This document shows, piece after piece, positions 46,981 to 56,565 of a stretch of DNA of 64,000 bases (positions are counted from its first letter, which is position 1; each line of letters starts with the position of its first letter). Below the pieces are notes generated by a model. That model searched no databases. It was not told the DNA's origin and saw only the letters and a program-made list of their open reading frames with translations. Location of the stretch: NCBI GenBank assembly GCA_002717225.1, contig PBDG01000009.1, positions 76,563 through 140,562 of the forward strand. The letters run 5' to 3'. A program made the translations under genes and the position numbers. The stretch comes from Rhodospirillaceae bacterium. Lineage in GTDB: Bacteria > Pseudomonadota > Alphaproteobacteria > UBA828.

Positions 46981-48219
46981 TTATAGAATGGGCTCAAGAT
47001 GCGCATCCATATCGGGCGTCTTGGTCAGATCACAGCGATCAACCACGTCGCTAGGATAAAGCTGACTGTAACTGTCAAAAATCTTCCAGCTTTGATTCTG
47101 GCACTCAGCTACATGCATATCCTGGATGACATGATTTGTTACCGGGTCAACGACCATGTGGCCCGCTGGGCCATCCCAAGCGATATCGCCGCTGCGAAGC
47201 GCATCCATCACTGCTTGACGCTCGTGCGTACCTGCCTTCTTGACACCCTCAGCCCACAGCATGGTTCCAAGATAGCCGCCGATACCAACCGCGTTGAGGT
47301 ACGGCGCATCGGAGCCAAAACGCTTATGATAGCGCGCTACGAAATCCTTATTGGCTGGCAGGTCGATTTCCTGAAAGTAAGGCTGAGCGCTGACGATGCC
47401 GTTACTCTCTTCTGGCTGAAGCTGCATATGTTCATTGCCAACGCCGAATGTGCAAGAAACGATCGGAATTTTGTTGAGCATTCCGGCCGCTGCCCACTGG
47501 CGGTAGAAACCCATGTGTGCTGCGCCCACAAGGCAGGTTGCGAGCCAATCAGGCTTGGCCTCCTGAATCTTGGCAATCGCCGGACCGAATTCGGTAACAT
47601 CGAGCGGGAAGTGATCACGCTGCAGTACTTCGCCGCCAAGGTCTCCAGAGAATTTCTGCAGCCATTTGCCAATGATTTGCGGCGCGTTATAGTCAGCCCC
47701 GATGTAATAGGCCTTCTTACCGCGATTATTGAAACCGAACTCCGCCGTAGGCTTCACCCACTGCACGGCGCCCACGCCCGAAACGAAATTGTTGATATCG
47801 CAAACGCCGCCTTCATAAATGACACTGTACCAGAGGAGGGTTTTGTAGCGCCGGAGTATTGGGCGAATGACTTCGCGCGACGCACTGGTGATAGCACCGT
47901 GTACAAGATCAACCCGCTCTTTGAGAGCCGCTTCCTGAGCATATTGTGCGTAAAGCTCCATGCTCGACTGCGGGTCATATTTGATCAATCTAATTTTCTT
48001 GCCATTTAGGCCGCCGGCAGCGTTGATTTCCTCAACCGCAAGCTCGCAGGTCATAGTCATCGGTGTACCGTAAATATCGAGACCACCTGATTGGTCAAAC
48101 AGCGAGGCAATTACGATCTCGTCATCCGCCTTACTCTTATAAGGCAAGATGCTGGCGGCAAAAGCGGTGCCAAGACCAGCACCCGCGCCCTTTAAAACAG
48201 TTCTGCGTGAAAGTTTCAT
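46981..48219 (-). CDS. HAAT-family periplasmic substrate-binding protein (LivK / amide-urea-binding-like) with a Tat-type signal
   Basis: N-terminal MKLSRRTVLKGAGAGLGTAFAA is a twin-arginine-like signal. The size and fold match type-I PBPs of the Leu/Ile/Val/urea/amide family. Confidence 0.8.
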   Translation of the reverse strand: MKLSRRTVLKGAGAGLGTAFAASILPYKSKADDEIVIASLFDQSGGLDIYGTPMTMTCELAVEEINAAGGLNGKKIRLIKYDPQSSMELYAQYAQEAALKERVDLVHGAITSASREVIRPILRRYKTLLWYSVIYEGGVCDINNFVSGVGAVQWVKPTAEFGFNNRGKKAYYIGADYNAPQIIGKWLQKFSGDLGGEVLQRDHFPLDVTEFGPAIAKIQEAKPDWLATCLVGAAHMGFYRQWAAAGMLNKIPIVSCTFGVGNEHMQLQPEESNGIVSAQPYFQEIDLPANKDFVARYHKRFGSDAPYLNAVGIGGYLGTMLWAEGVKKAGTHERQAVMDALRSGDIAWDGPAGHMVVDPVTNHVIQDMHVAECQNQSWKIFDSYSQLYPSDVVDRCDLTKTPDMDAHLEPIL

Positions 48220-48493
48220 TATTCGGCTACCTCCCTGATGAGCCTGTTCCGGTCAATGTATCAAGTTACCTAAACAAATTATTGGCGCATATTATGACTA
48301 TCATCCAATGGCACGCACGCAATATTTTTCTTATCAAGCAAAATCTTCCTTTGTGACTATTCTATTTGCCCCCACAAAACCATATCTATTCCCACCCGCC
48401 AATCCATATTTTCTTAAAAAATGCTGTCCCGGCAAGCTCTTTACGGGTACCAACCTCGGTTCTACTCCGTTTTATATGATCTGTAGAGGAGCG

Positions 48494-49507
48494 ATGGAAT
48501 ATCTTTTCGGCGACCCACCGGACCCAGGCGCGGTAAAAGAGATTGCCCCTGGCCTCCAGTGGCTGCGCATGCCACTCCCAATGGCACTCGATCATATTAA
48601 TCTCTGGCTAATCGAGGATGGTTCGGGCTGGACCTTAATTGACACCGGCCTATACAGCGGTTTGTCTCAAAAACTTTGGCGCAATGTGCTCAACAATCTC
48701 CTCGGCGGGCGGCCTCTGACACGGGTAATCTGCACCCATTTTCACCCCGATCACGTTGGGATGGCGGGCTGGCTTGTGGAAGAGACCGGCGCAGAATTTT
48801 GGATGGCGCGTGAGGAATGGCTTTACGCCAGAGTTCTGGCAATAGATACGGGCGAACACTTTACCGATGCCATGGTGGCGCATTACCACCGCGCCGGAGG
48901 TAGCCCGGAATATCTTGCCAAGCTTCGTGAACGAGGAGCATTTTTCTCGGGCATCGTCTCGGAAGTGCCCCGCAGCATTCAGCGTATTCGCGACGGCGAC
49001 GCATTCAAGATCGGTGGGAAGCAGTGGCACGTAGTAGTTGGCAACGGCCACGCCCCGGAGCACACTTGTCTGCTTTCGAGAGAACTCGGTTTATTTATTT
49101 CGGGCGATATAGTCTTGCCACGCATTTCACCACACATTGGCGTCTATGCGGACGAGCCCGACGGCAATCCACTGAGGGACTATTTAGAGACTCTGGAAAA
49201 ATTTCACGCGTTGCCGGACGATGCTATCGTCTTGCCATCGCATAACGAGCCTTTCCGCGGCCTGCACAAGCGTCTCAGCGAACTGCAACAGCATCATGCC
49301 GAGCGGCTCAAAGAATTTTCTCACGCCTGCGTCACGCCAGCGACCGCCCTCGACGTTGCGAAACAGGTGTTCGCACGGCGCCTAGATTCGGCGCAACTCG
49401 GCTTCGCCATCGCTGAGACAGTCGCGCACCTCAATTACCTGATTGCTGACGAGCAGATCAAACGCCGAACCAATGAAGATGGCGTCTATCTCTACCAAAA
49501 AATCTAA
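48494..49507 (+). CDS. MBL-fold metallo-hydrolase
   Basis: ICTHFHPDHVGMAGW (HxHxDH) and downstream His/Asp ligands. Start re-assigned to ATG 48494, which has a GAGGAG SD. The track ORF began inside an AT-rich promoter region. Confidence 0.75.
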   Translation: MEYLFGDPPDPGAVKEIAPGLQWLRMPLPMALDHINLWLIEDGSGWTLIDTGLYSGLSQKLWRNVLNNLLGGRPLTRVICTHFHPDHVGMAGWLVEETGAEFWMAREEWLYARVLAIDTGEHFTDAMVAHYHRAGGSPEYLAKLRERGAFFSGIVSEVPRSIQRIRDGDAFKIGGKQWHVVVGNGHAPEHTCLLSRELGLFISGDIVLPRISPHIGVYADEPDGNPLRDYLETLEKFHALPDDAIVLPSHNEPFRGLHKRLSELQQHHAERLKEFSHACVTPATALDVAKQVFARRLDSAQLGFAIAETVAHLNYLIADEQIKRRTNEDGVYLYQKI

Positions 49508-50661
49508 AAACCCAGATAACGATCGACCATATCTCGCAGAATTAGTGCGGCATCAACCATTTGATCAAGCGGAACATACTCGTTGGCGGCATGACTTGTA
49601 GCGCCGTCACCTGGGCCGAAATTACAGATCTCGATCTCATCATCGGCGAAATAACGCCCCTCGCTAACCGCCAGCGCATTAACAAAATTCGGAGCTAAAC
49701 CACGGCGGGCTTCAATAGCGGCGGCAAGCGCTGCGATACCAGGACCATCTTTTTTTGGCGAGAAACCGTTGGTGCCAGTCAGAAATTCTGTTGAAAAACT
49801 TTCGGGCGGCTCATTCACATCAGCAAGAATTTCCACTACCTCATCGTAGGCGGCGCAGACATCCTCTTCAGGTAACAGGCGACGGTCGATCTCAAGCCAG
49901 CACGAACTTGGCACGACATTAACATTATGCCCGCCCTGAATCCGCCCGATGTTCATCGTCGAACGCTTCTCGCCATTGACGCGTTTTTCGAGACGCGGCT
50001 CAAGCACCCGGCGCAAATGATCAACCAGGCGCATCATACGAAGAATTGCGTTATCTCCAGCTTGCGGATCACCGCCATGAGCGGCACGTCCTGTCACAGT
50101 TATACGCAGCCAGAGAACGCCGCGCTCCTCGGTGATGAGCTCGTTTTGCGTCGGCCCGCCGACCAGCAAGAAATCCGGCCTGAGCGCATCCGATTCGCGC
50201 AAAAAGCGCATGCCATTTGGACCAAGCCTCTCCTCGTCGCCAGTGAATGTGAAGACAACCTCACCCTTCTTGGGGCCGCCTCGACGCATTATCTCCTCGC
50301 CGAGCCAGATATGAAGTGCCGTAGATCCTTTGCAATTATTGGCACCGAGGCCGTAGATCGCGCCATTGCGCTTAACAGCTTCAAAGGGATCGCTCAGCCA
50401 ATCACCGAGATCACCAACTTCTACCGTATCGATATGACAGTTGAATCCAAACTGTGGCGACCCTGTGCCAACGCGGGCCACGAGATTGTCAATGCTAGGG
50501 GCGCAGCTCTTGGTTTCGCAGATGTAACCAGCGGACTCAAAGCGAGCGCGAATATAAGCGCACATTTTCCTTGTGTCACCCGGTGGATAGGTTGAAGGTA
50601 TGCCGATAAGGTCGCCCAAGATATCGGTCAGTTCGTGTGTGAGTTTGGCTTCGCTCGTCAT
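49504..50661 (-). CDS. M20-family metallopeptidase / deacylase (ArgE/DapE-like)
   Basis: 385 aa with M20 catalytic and dimerisation blocks (...HIDTVEVGD..., ...GANNCKGS..., ...EEIMRRGG...). Confidence 0.8.
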   Translation of the reverse strand: MTSEAKLTHELTDILGDLIGIPSTYPPGDTRKMCAYIRARFESAGYICETKSCAPSIDNLVARVGTGSPQFGFNCHIDTVEVGDLGDWLSDPFEAVKRNGAIYGLGANNCKGSTALHIWLGEEIMRRGGPKKGEVVFTFTGDEERLGPNGMRFLRESDALRPDFLLVGGPTQNELITEERGVLWLRITVTGRAAHGGDPQAGDNAILRMMRLVDHLRRVLEPRLEKRVNGEKRSTMNIGRIQGGHNVNVVPSSCWLEIDRRLLPEEDVCAAYDEVVEILADVNEPPESFSTEFLTGTNGFSPKKDGPGIAALAAAIEARRGLAPNFVNALAVSEGRYFADDEIEICNFGPGDGATSHAANEYVPLDQMVDAALILRDMVDRYLGF

Positions 50662-50938
50662 AGGTCGGGGAGAGTGGTTTCGACTGGTTCAGGCGGGAGC
50701 ATAGACACGATAAACGAAGAGATGCAGAAAATTTTGACTGATTAGCCACGAATTGAACTACCGATCTATCTCCACCAAGCAAAGTAAGGCCAACTAATTC
50801 CCGTATTTATCTCTGTCGCAGTTTGCTTGGGAAAATGCACAATCTTTAGCAAAGACACAAAGTTTTAGCGGTTTTCTGGGACAAATCCACAATTCATTTA
50901 AGGAAACTTTATTCCTTAAATTCAATTGCACGGAACGT

Positions 50939-50966
50939 GGCGAGGGGCTAGTCTCGCGCCCTCGCC
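50939..50966 (+). promoter_or_regulatory. Stem-loop GGCGAGGG-N12-CCCTCGCC in the 5' leader, 23 nt upstream of the amidotransferase start codon
   Basis: Read directly: ggcgaggg gctagtctcgcg ccctcgcc is an 8-bp perfect stem. It is followed by the GAAGGGG SD and the ATG at 50989, and lies inside a 330-bp AT-rich leader. Confidence 0.3.
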
Positions 50967-50988
50967 AAATCGGCGAAGGGGAATATCT

Positions 50989-51909
50989 ATGTGCGGAATC
51001 GCAGGCATCATGTTCAAAAATGGTCGAACTGACCATGAAACGGGCGTGGCGCTAATCGATATGCTCGATGGCTGCCAACACAGGGGTCCGGATTCCACGG
51101 GCTTTGCGCTCTATGGCGAAGAACACACGAGCGAGCTCAAGTTACGCTTTCTTATTGGAGACGGCACCGCGGCCGATGACTCCGTCGAACTGATCAAGAG
51201 TGCGCTGGAGGATCATGATGCGGAAATCGTCGACGATATGCGCATCGGCAACAATTATCAGGCGCTGGTGCGCTTTAACGGCGATCTACGCAGCTTTGCC
51301 TATGCGATGGAACACGCGGCGCCCGATGCTAAAGTCATCTCCATCGGACAGAGCCTAGATATCGTCAAAGATGTGGGCGGCGCCCATGATGTAGATGACC
51401 GCTTCGACGTACATAACTTTAAAGGCAGCCATGGCCTCGGCCATGTGCGCCTCGCCACCGAATCGGATGTCCGCCCGGAATCAGCGCACCCTTTCTGGGC
51501 TACTGGTTTTTCCGACGTCGCCATCGTCCATAACGGCCAGATCACCAATTATTGGAAGATGCGCCGCCGGCTTGAGCAACGCGGATTTGAATTCCGCACC
51601 GACAATGATAGTGAATTAGTTGCTGTCTATCTTGCCGACAAAATGTCCCAGGGAGTGCCTCTGCGCGAAGCCCTAAAAGCTTCGATTGAAGATTTGGACG
51701 GCACTTTTTCCTTCCTCGTCTCGACCAAGGACGAAATCGGCTATGCCAAGGATAATCTCGCCGCGAAACCGATGGTCATGTACGAAACCGACGACCTCAT
51801 CGCCATCGCTTCGGAAGAAGTGTCCCTTAATCGCCTGTTTCCGGGCCACGCACTGAACACCAAGGAGCCCCCGCCGGGGAGCTATGATACATGGTCCAAA
51901 TCGACCTAG
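50989..51909 (+). CDS. Class-II (Ntn) glutamine amidotransferase, GlxB/MgsA-like subunit of a split glutamate-synthase-like enzyme
   Basis: The mature N-terminus after Met is CGIAGI, the class-II GATase nucleophile Cys. The size is about 306 aa. Start set at ATG 50989. Confidence 0.8.
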   Translation: MCGIAGIMFKNGRTDHETGVALIDMLDGCQHRGPDSTGFALYGEEHTSELKLRFLIGDGTAADDSVELIKSALEDHDAEIVDDMRIGNNYQALVRFNGDLRSFAYAMEHAAPDAKVISIGQSLDIVKDVGGAHDVDDRFDVHNFKGSHGLGHVRLATESDVRPESAHPFWATGFSDVAIVHNGQITNYWKMRRRLEQRGFEFRTDNDSELVAVYLADKMSQGVPLREALKASIEDLDGTFSFLVSTKDEIGYAKDNLAAKPMVMYETDDLIAIASEEVSLNRLFPGHALNTKEPPPGSYDTWSKST

Positions 51910-53843
51910 CGGAAATTCCAGTCCGCCAGGCCAACGAACTTATCCGCAAATATGGGGCCGACGGCGAGGATATTGATATAATTAACCCCGACGCGCGACA
52001 TCACGTCGGCGTAGGGTTGACCGACCCAGTGACTGTGCGCGTGCACGGGTCCGCAGGTTATTTCTGCGCTGGCTTGACCGATGCGGCCCACTTCGAGATT
52101 GAAAGCAACGTCGGCTGGGGCCTTGGCGACAATATGTATACAGGCTCTGTTATCGTTGGCGGAAATGCCAGCGCAATCGCCGGCGTGGCGATACGCGGCG
52201 CCGAAATTGTCATCAAAGGCAATATGGGATCGCGCGCCGGACAAGTAATGAAAGCGGGCACACTCTTGTGCTGTGGCAATGCAAATTTTATGGCCGGCTA
52301 TCTCATGTATGGCGGGCGCATCATCATCCTGGGCGATTCCGGCGAACGCGTCGGTGAAGATATGGCCGCCGGTGAGATTTATGTCGGTGGAAAGGTTCAG
52401 TCGCTTGGCTCCGATGCCAAAATGGGCGATACGGAAAGCAGCAAAATTGACGAGCTACGCGCCTTTCTCGACCGTTACAAGATTACCTTTAATGGCGATT
52501 TCCAGAAAATTGTCAACGAAGGCAAAAAGCTGCATTACAAAACCTCAGAACGGCCGATGCGCAGCCTTCCCTTTGTCGGATTCTCGGGAAAATCGGATTA
52601 CTGGAACCCGAAAATTCAGGAAGATATTCATATAAAATCACAGATTGGCCGCTATCGCGTACGTGGTTATGGCGGTGCGCGGGAACTGCCACACCTGGCA
52701 GATATCGGATTCGCGCGGAATATCTCCGGGTTAAATGAGATTTCCAACCCGGTGTCCAAGGTCGAGATGCGCACGCTGATCGGCGGCAAACACGGGGCGC
52801 AACCGCTCGACCTTTCAATGCCGGTGATGATCGCGCCAATGAGCTATGGCGCGTTGAGCCGTTCCACCAAACAAGCCATCGGTATCGCCTCATCGCTCGC
52901 AGGAATCGCGGAAAATACCGGTGAAGGTGGTATGAGCGACGCCCAGCGTGGTGCCGCGGAGCAATTGGTTTTCCAAATGCTTGGTGGACGGCTTGGTTGG
53001 AACATCCATGATATGAAACGCGCCAATGGGTTGGAGATCTATATTAGCCAGGGCGCCAAGCCCGGCTTCGGCGGTCAGCTCATGGCGAAAAAGGTGACCA
53101 AGGAACTAGCCGAAATTCGAGGTATCCCCCAAGGCATCGATCTGCGCTCACCATCGCGGCATCCGGATATTCTGGGCGGCGACGATCTCCTCATCAAGGT
53201 CGAGGAAATGCGCGAAGCAACAGGATATCGTTTGCCGGTCAGCGTCAAGCTAGGCGCCGGACGGGTGCGCGACGACATCAAGATCGCTTACAAGGATGGC
53301 TTCGATTTTGTCGAGCTCGACGGCATGCAGGGCTCAACCGGTGCCGGTGGCGCAGAAGTCATGGAATATGTTGGCATTCCCACTATCTCAGCGATCATGG
53401 ACGCGCTTGATGGTCTGGCGGAGATCGACGCCGACGGCAAAATTCAAATCATTCTCATGGGTGGTCTGCGCGACGGCGTGGACGCAGTCAAATCGCTTTG
53501 TCTCGGCGCCGATGCGGTGGCCTTTGGCAACGCCACGATCATCGCCGGCGGTTGCATTTCCTGCATGCAGTGCCATGTTGGTCAGTGTGTGACCGGCATC
53601 GCAACCCAGGACCCCGAGCATGAGAAGCGCTACCGCCCGGAAATCGAAGCGCATAATATCCACCGCTTTCTCGAAGGAGTGCGCTGGCAGATCGCAGCGC
53701 TGACCCACGCACTCGGCTATGGAGATGTCAAATCTCTCAACCGGGACGACCTCGTCGCCCTGACCCCAGAGGCGGCGGAGATCACGCGCCTTCCCTACCG
53801 GCCAGAGCTTCGCGAACAACAGCATCTCAGCAAGGCAGTCTAA
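51891..53843 (+). CDS. Fusion protein: GXGXG-repeat domain (N-terminal, GlxC/GltB C-terminal-domain-like) + glutamate-synthase FMN/Fe-S central domain (GlxD/GltB domain-2-like)
   Basis: N-terminal 230 aa has G-rich beta-helix repeats (VIVGGNASAIAG..., VIKGNMGSRAGQV..., LCCGNANFMAGY..., IILGDSGERVGED..., IYVGGKV). The C-terminal 420 aa has NTGEGG, QGAKPGFGGQL, DGMQGSTGAGG, and the 3Fe-4S motif C-x5-C-x4-C followed by VTGIATQDP. Confidence 0.8.
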   Translation: MVQIDLAEIPVRQANELIRKYGADGEDIDIINPDARHHVGVGLTDPVTVRVHGSAGYFCAGLTDAAHFEIESNVGWGLGDNMYTGSVIVGGNASAIAGVAIRGAEIVIKGNMGSRAGQVMKAGTLLCCGNANFMAGYLMYGGRIIILGDSGERVGEDMAAGEIYVGGKVQSLGSDAKMGDTESSKIDELRAFLDRYKITFNGDFQKIVNEGKKLHYKTSERPMRSLPFVGFSGKSDYWNPKIQEDIHIKSQIGRYRVRGYGGARELPHLADIGFARNISGLNEISNPVSKVEMRTLIGGKHGAQPLDLSMPVMIAPMSYGALSRSTKQAIGIASSLAGIAENTGEGGMSDAQRGAAEQLVFQMLGGRLGWNIHDMKRANGLEIYISQGAKPGFGGQLMAKKVTKELAEIRGIPQGIDLRSPSRHPDILGGDDLLIKVEEMREATGYRLPVSVKLGAGRVRDDIKIAYKDGFDFVELDGMQGSTGAGGAEVMEYVGIPTISAIMDALDGLAEIDADGKIQIILMGGLRDGVDAVKSLCLGADAVAFGNATIIAGGCISCMQCHVGQCVTGIATQDPEHEKRYRPEIEAHNIHRFLEGVRWQIAALTHALGYGDVKSLNRDDLVALTPEAAEITRLPYRPELREQQHLSKAV

Positions 53844-53844
53844 G

Positions 53845-56376
53845 TTGGCAGCGAGTAAAGACAGCGGAGTGGAAGCTCCCATGCTTCTTCCGGCTGAAAT
53901 GCCGGACGATACGGACGACCTGCATTTTGTCCCTGCACCCTGCCAGGTGGCCTGCCCTGTCGGAACCGACGCGCCTTCCTATATAGCCTATATATGGGAA
54001 GGCAAATATGAGGAAGCGTTCGAGGCGATTACCGCTACCAACCCATTCAGCTCGATTTGCGGACGGGTGTGCGATGCCCCATGCGAACCTGCCTGCAGAC
54101 GGGTACAATCAGATGGGCCCGTGCAAATCCGCAATCTCAAGCGTTACGTCATGGATGAAATTGGCGACCGGCTCGATCCGCCTCCCGTGCCAGTCACCCA
54201 GAAAGAGACGGTGGCCATCGTCGGGTCCGGACCGGCCGGCTTAGTCGCCGCGCATGATTTGTCGATCGCCGGCTATGAAGTCCACGTCTACGAGATGACC
54301 GACCGGCTAGGTGGAATGATGATATGGGGCATCCCCGCTTTCCGCTTGCCACCCGGCGTGATTGACGAAGACATTCAGCGCCTAACCAAGCGCTGTCCTG
54401 GCCTCAAGATTCACCTCAACACTGCGCTGGGCGATGGTGTGACACTGGAGGAACTAAAGGAGCGCCATGACGCCGTGGTGCTCGCCATTGGCTCCTGGTG
54501 GGGCAAAAAGATGGGAATTCCGGGAGACACCGACACGCGGGTCATCGACGGCGTGCAGTTCCTGCGTGACGTCAATGCTGGCGCACGGCCGGAAATGCCG
54601 GAAACCGTGGTCGTGGTCGGCGGCGGGGACGTCGCCATGGACGCCTGCCGAGTCGCCAAGAGACTTCCTGGCTGCAAGCACGTCAAAGTGATCTATCGTC
54701 GGGGGCCGGACGAGATTCCGGCGCGCGCCATTGAGCTTGAGGGGGCCGTCAAAGAGGATATCGAATTCATCTACAACACCCAACAAACCGCCGTTTCTCC
54801 AAAGGGCAACCAGCTCGCCATCACCTGCCTTAAAACCGAGTTGGGTGAACCAGACGAAGAAGGCCGGCGCGTTCCAGTCGAGATAGTGGGCAGCGAGCAC
54901 GAGATTGAATGCGGTATGATCATTGCCTCGATCGGCCAGCAGGGCAAATGTGCTCATCTCGACGAGAAAGGCATGATGCTGAGTGATCGCGTGCGGACAG
55001 AATGGGGCAGTATGTTGACCGACGACCCAAAAGTCTTCGCCGCCGGCGACGGCGCTTTCGGCGGATCAACTATCGTCATGGCCATGCATCACGGTCAACG
55101 CGTCGCTTATTACGTGAAGGCGTTTCTCGAAGGCCATAGGGACCCTATGCCCTACCGCCAACCCTTCCGCACCCGACGGGTGCCTCTGGCGCAGGATCTC
55201 GAGTGGGAGAAGCTGCCGTTACAAGAACCCGCCTTTCACGGGCTAGGCGCCAATCCGATCGAGTTCCCCGAGATCGAAGATACTTATGGCAGCGACACGG
55301 CACGCAATGAGGCAGCGCGCTGCTATCGCTGCGACGCAGAGACTGGTACTGCTGACTATTCCGTGCGCCACCGCGAGGACATTTTCACCATGGCGCGCAC
55401 CAACCCACTCGACGAGCGTTCGCATGCCACAATGCTTGCGCGCCGCTTGCAGCCGCGCGATAACCCTTTTCCAGACCACCGAAAGGCCACGCTGGACGAT
55501 CTCATCTTTCTGCCAGCCAATCTGACCCGACTGGTGATTGACCCCTACCGCGAGGCATGCCGAATTGACACGGAACTCGGCGCCGGACGCTTCGTTATGG
55601 AGCAACCCTTTATCGCTACCGGATTCGACGACGCACCAGGTCAAGTACGTGAAGCCATTGCCGAGGGCCTAAAGGATTTTGACACTCCCTATCTCGGAGT
55701 ACGCGCTCTTTCAACGGATGTTCCCTGGCTGCAACTGGTCGTGCCGGGGCAGATCGCACCGAGCACTGACGCGGCGGCGCAGATTCATAACCTAGGTCAC
55801 GAATTTCGACCGATTGAGACGACGCGTCTGACAGAAAACCAACTTCTTGGCTTGTCGGTTTCCTCTCCCGACATACTGGAAGAAACGATCTCTTATGCCC
55901 TGGCGAAGAAATTTGATATACTCCTCCTCGACGGCAGCGGCGGCCTCGGCACGCCCTGGGCCGAGCTCTCCGGTGAACCCAATCTAACCATCCTGCGCGA
56001 CGCCGTCGCTATTCTCAGACGTATTGGGCGAGAGGAAGAGATCGACCTGATTTTTTTCGGTGGTGTTCGCTCGGGCACTGATACGGCTAAGCTGGTAGCG
56101 CTCGGTAGCATGGCGGTGGTGCTTGGCGTTACCCTGGGACTGGCCGCTGGAGCTGAAATTAGAGACCGGCACGACATGCAATTCTCCGCCGATCGTGACA
56201 AAAATGATCGCGCCGAAGCGGTGGCCCATATTCTTAATGCTAGCGCCCAAGAAGCGTCGATGATGGCGCGGTGCACCGGCAAGACCAATCTGCAAAACGT
56301 CGAGCCGGAGGATTTGCGCGCAATTACCATCGCCACCGCCAAAGCCACCGGTATCCCGCTCGCCGGCACGCTTTGA
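53845..56376 (+). CDS. Fusion protein: GltD-like NAD(P)H:flavin/Fe-S oxidoreductase (N-terminal, about 470 aa) + degenerate second glutamate-synthase-like TIM-barrel domain (C-terminal, about 370 aa)
   Basis: N-terminal Cys-rich block ...CQVACPVGTDAP...ICGRVCDAPCEPACRR..., then IVGSGPAGLVAAHDL (FAD) and VVGGGDVAMDACRVA (NADPH). The C-terminal half has LDDLIFLPANLTR, ILLLDGSGGLGTPW and IFFGGVRSGTDTAKLVALGSMAVVLG, but lacks the NTGEGG and QGAKPG motifs. Confidence 0.8.
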   Translation: MAASKDSGVEAPMLLPAEMPDDTDDLHFVPAPCQVACPVGTDAPSYIAYIWEGKYEEAFEAITATNPFSSICGRVCDAPCEPACRRVQSDGPVQIRNLKRYVMDEIGDRLDPPPVPVTQKETVAIVGSGPAGLVAAHDLSIAGYEVHVYEMTDRLGGMMIWGIPAFRLPPGVIDEDIQRLTKRCPGLKIHLNTALGDGVTLEELKERHDAVVLAIGSWWGKKMGIPGDTDTRVIDGVQFLRDVNAGARPEMPETVVVVGGGDVAMDACRVAKRLPGCKHVKVIYRRGPDEIPARAIELEGAVKEDIEFIYNTQQTAVSPKGNQLAITCLKTELGEPDEEGRRVPVEIVGSEHEIECGMIIASIGQQGKCAHLDEKGMMLSDRVRTEWGSMLTDDPKVFAAGDGAFGGSTIVMAMHHGQRVAYYVKAFLEGHRDPMPYRQPFRTRRVPLAQDLEWEKLPLQEPAFHGLGANPIEFPEIEDTYGSDTARNEAARCYRCDAETGTADYSVRHREDIFTMARTNPLDERSHATMLARRLQPRDNPFPDHRKATLDDLIFLPANLTRLVIDPYREACRIDTELGAGRFVMEQPFIATGFDDAPGQVREAIAEGLKDFDTPYLGVRALSTDVPWLQLVVPGQIAPSTDAAAQIHNLGHEFRPIETTRLTENQLLGLSVSSPDILEETISYALAKKFDILLLDGSGGLGTPWAELSGEPNLTILRDAVAILRRIGREEEIDLIFFGGVRSGTDTAKLVALGSMAVVLGVTLGLAAGAEIRDRHDMQFSADRDKNDRAEAVAHILNASAQEASMMARCTGKTNLQNVEPEDLRAITIATAKATGIPLAGTL

Positions 56377-56380
56377 CTTC

Positions 56381-56416
56381 AACGGGCCATGAGAACAACC
56401 CGTTATATGCTGTTTT
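56381..56416 (+). terminator. Candidate intrinsic terminator (AACGGG-N12-CCCGTT hairpin followed by a T-rich tract)
   Basis: Read directly: aacgggccatgagaacaacccgtt atatgctgttttg lies 5 nt after the stop of the 843-aa gene. The stem is only 6 bp and the U-tract is interrupted. Confidence 0.3.
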
Positions 56417-56565
56417 GAGCGCCAGGTACCCGCTTCTCCGCAATTGGCCTATTCCGTAACAACTCGACAGCACCGTCGGGCTTGCCGGAATGTCTTCCGT
56501 CTTTCGGTTAATGGAAGCTCTGCTGCGATTTCCTTGCGGCAAATAAACAACTAAACTCCAGCAGC

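Noticed and set aside
46999-48009. 336-aa plus-strand ORF
   Set aside because: It is antisense to the HAAT substrate-binding protein gene, which has a Tat signal and a PBP fold. It has no motifs.
48308-48493. N-terminal 62 codons of track ORF 48308..49507
   Set aside because: This region is AT-rich promoter-like DNA between divergent genes. A strong SD precedes the internal ATG at 48494, which gives a typical MBL N-terminus.
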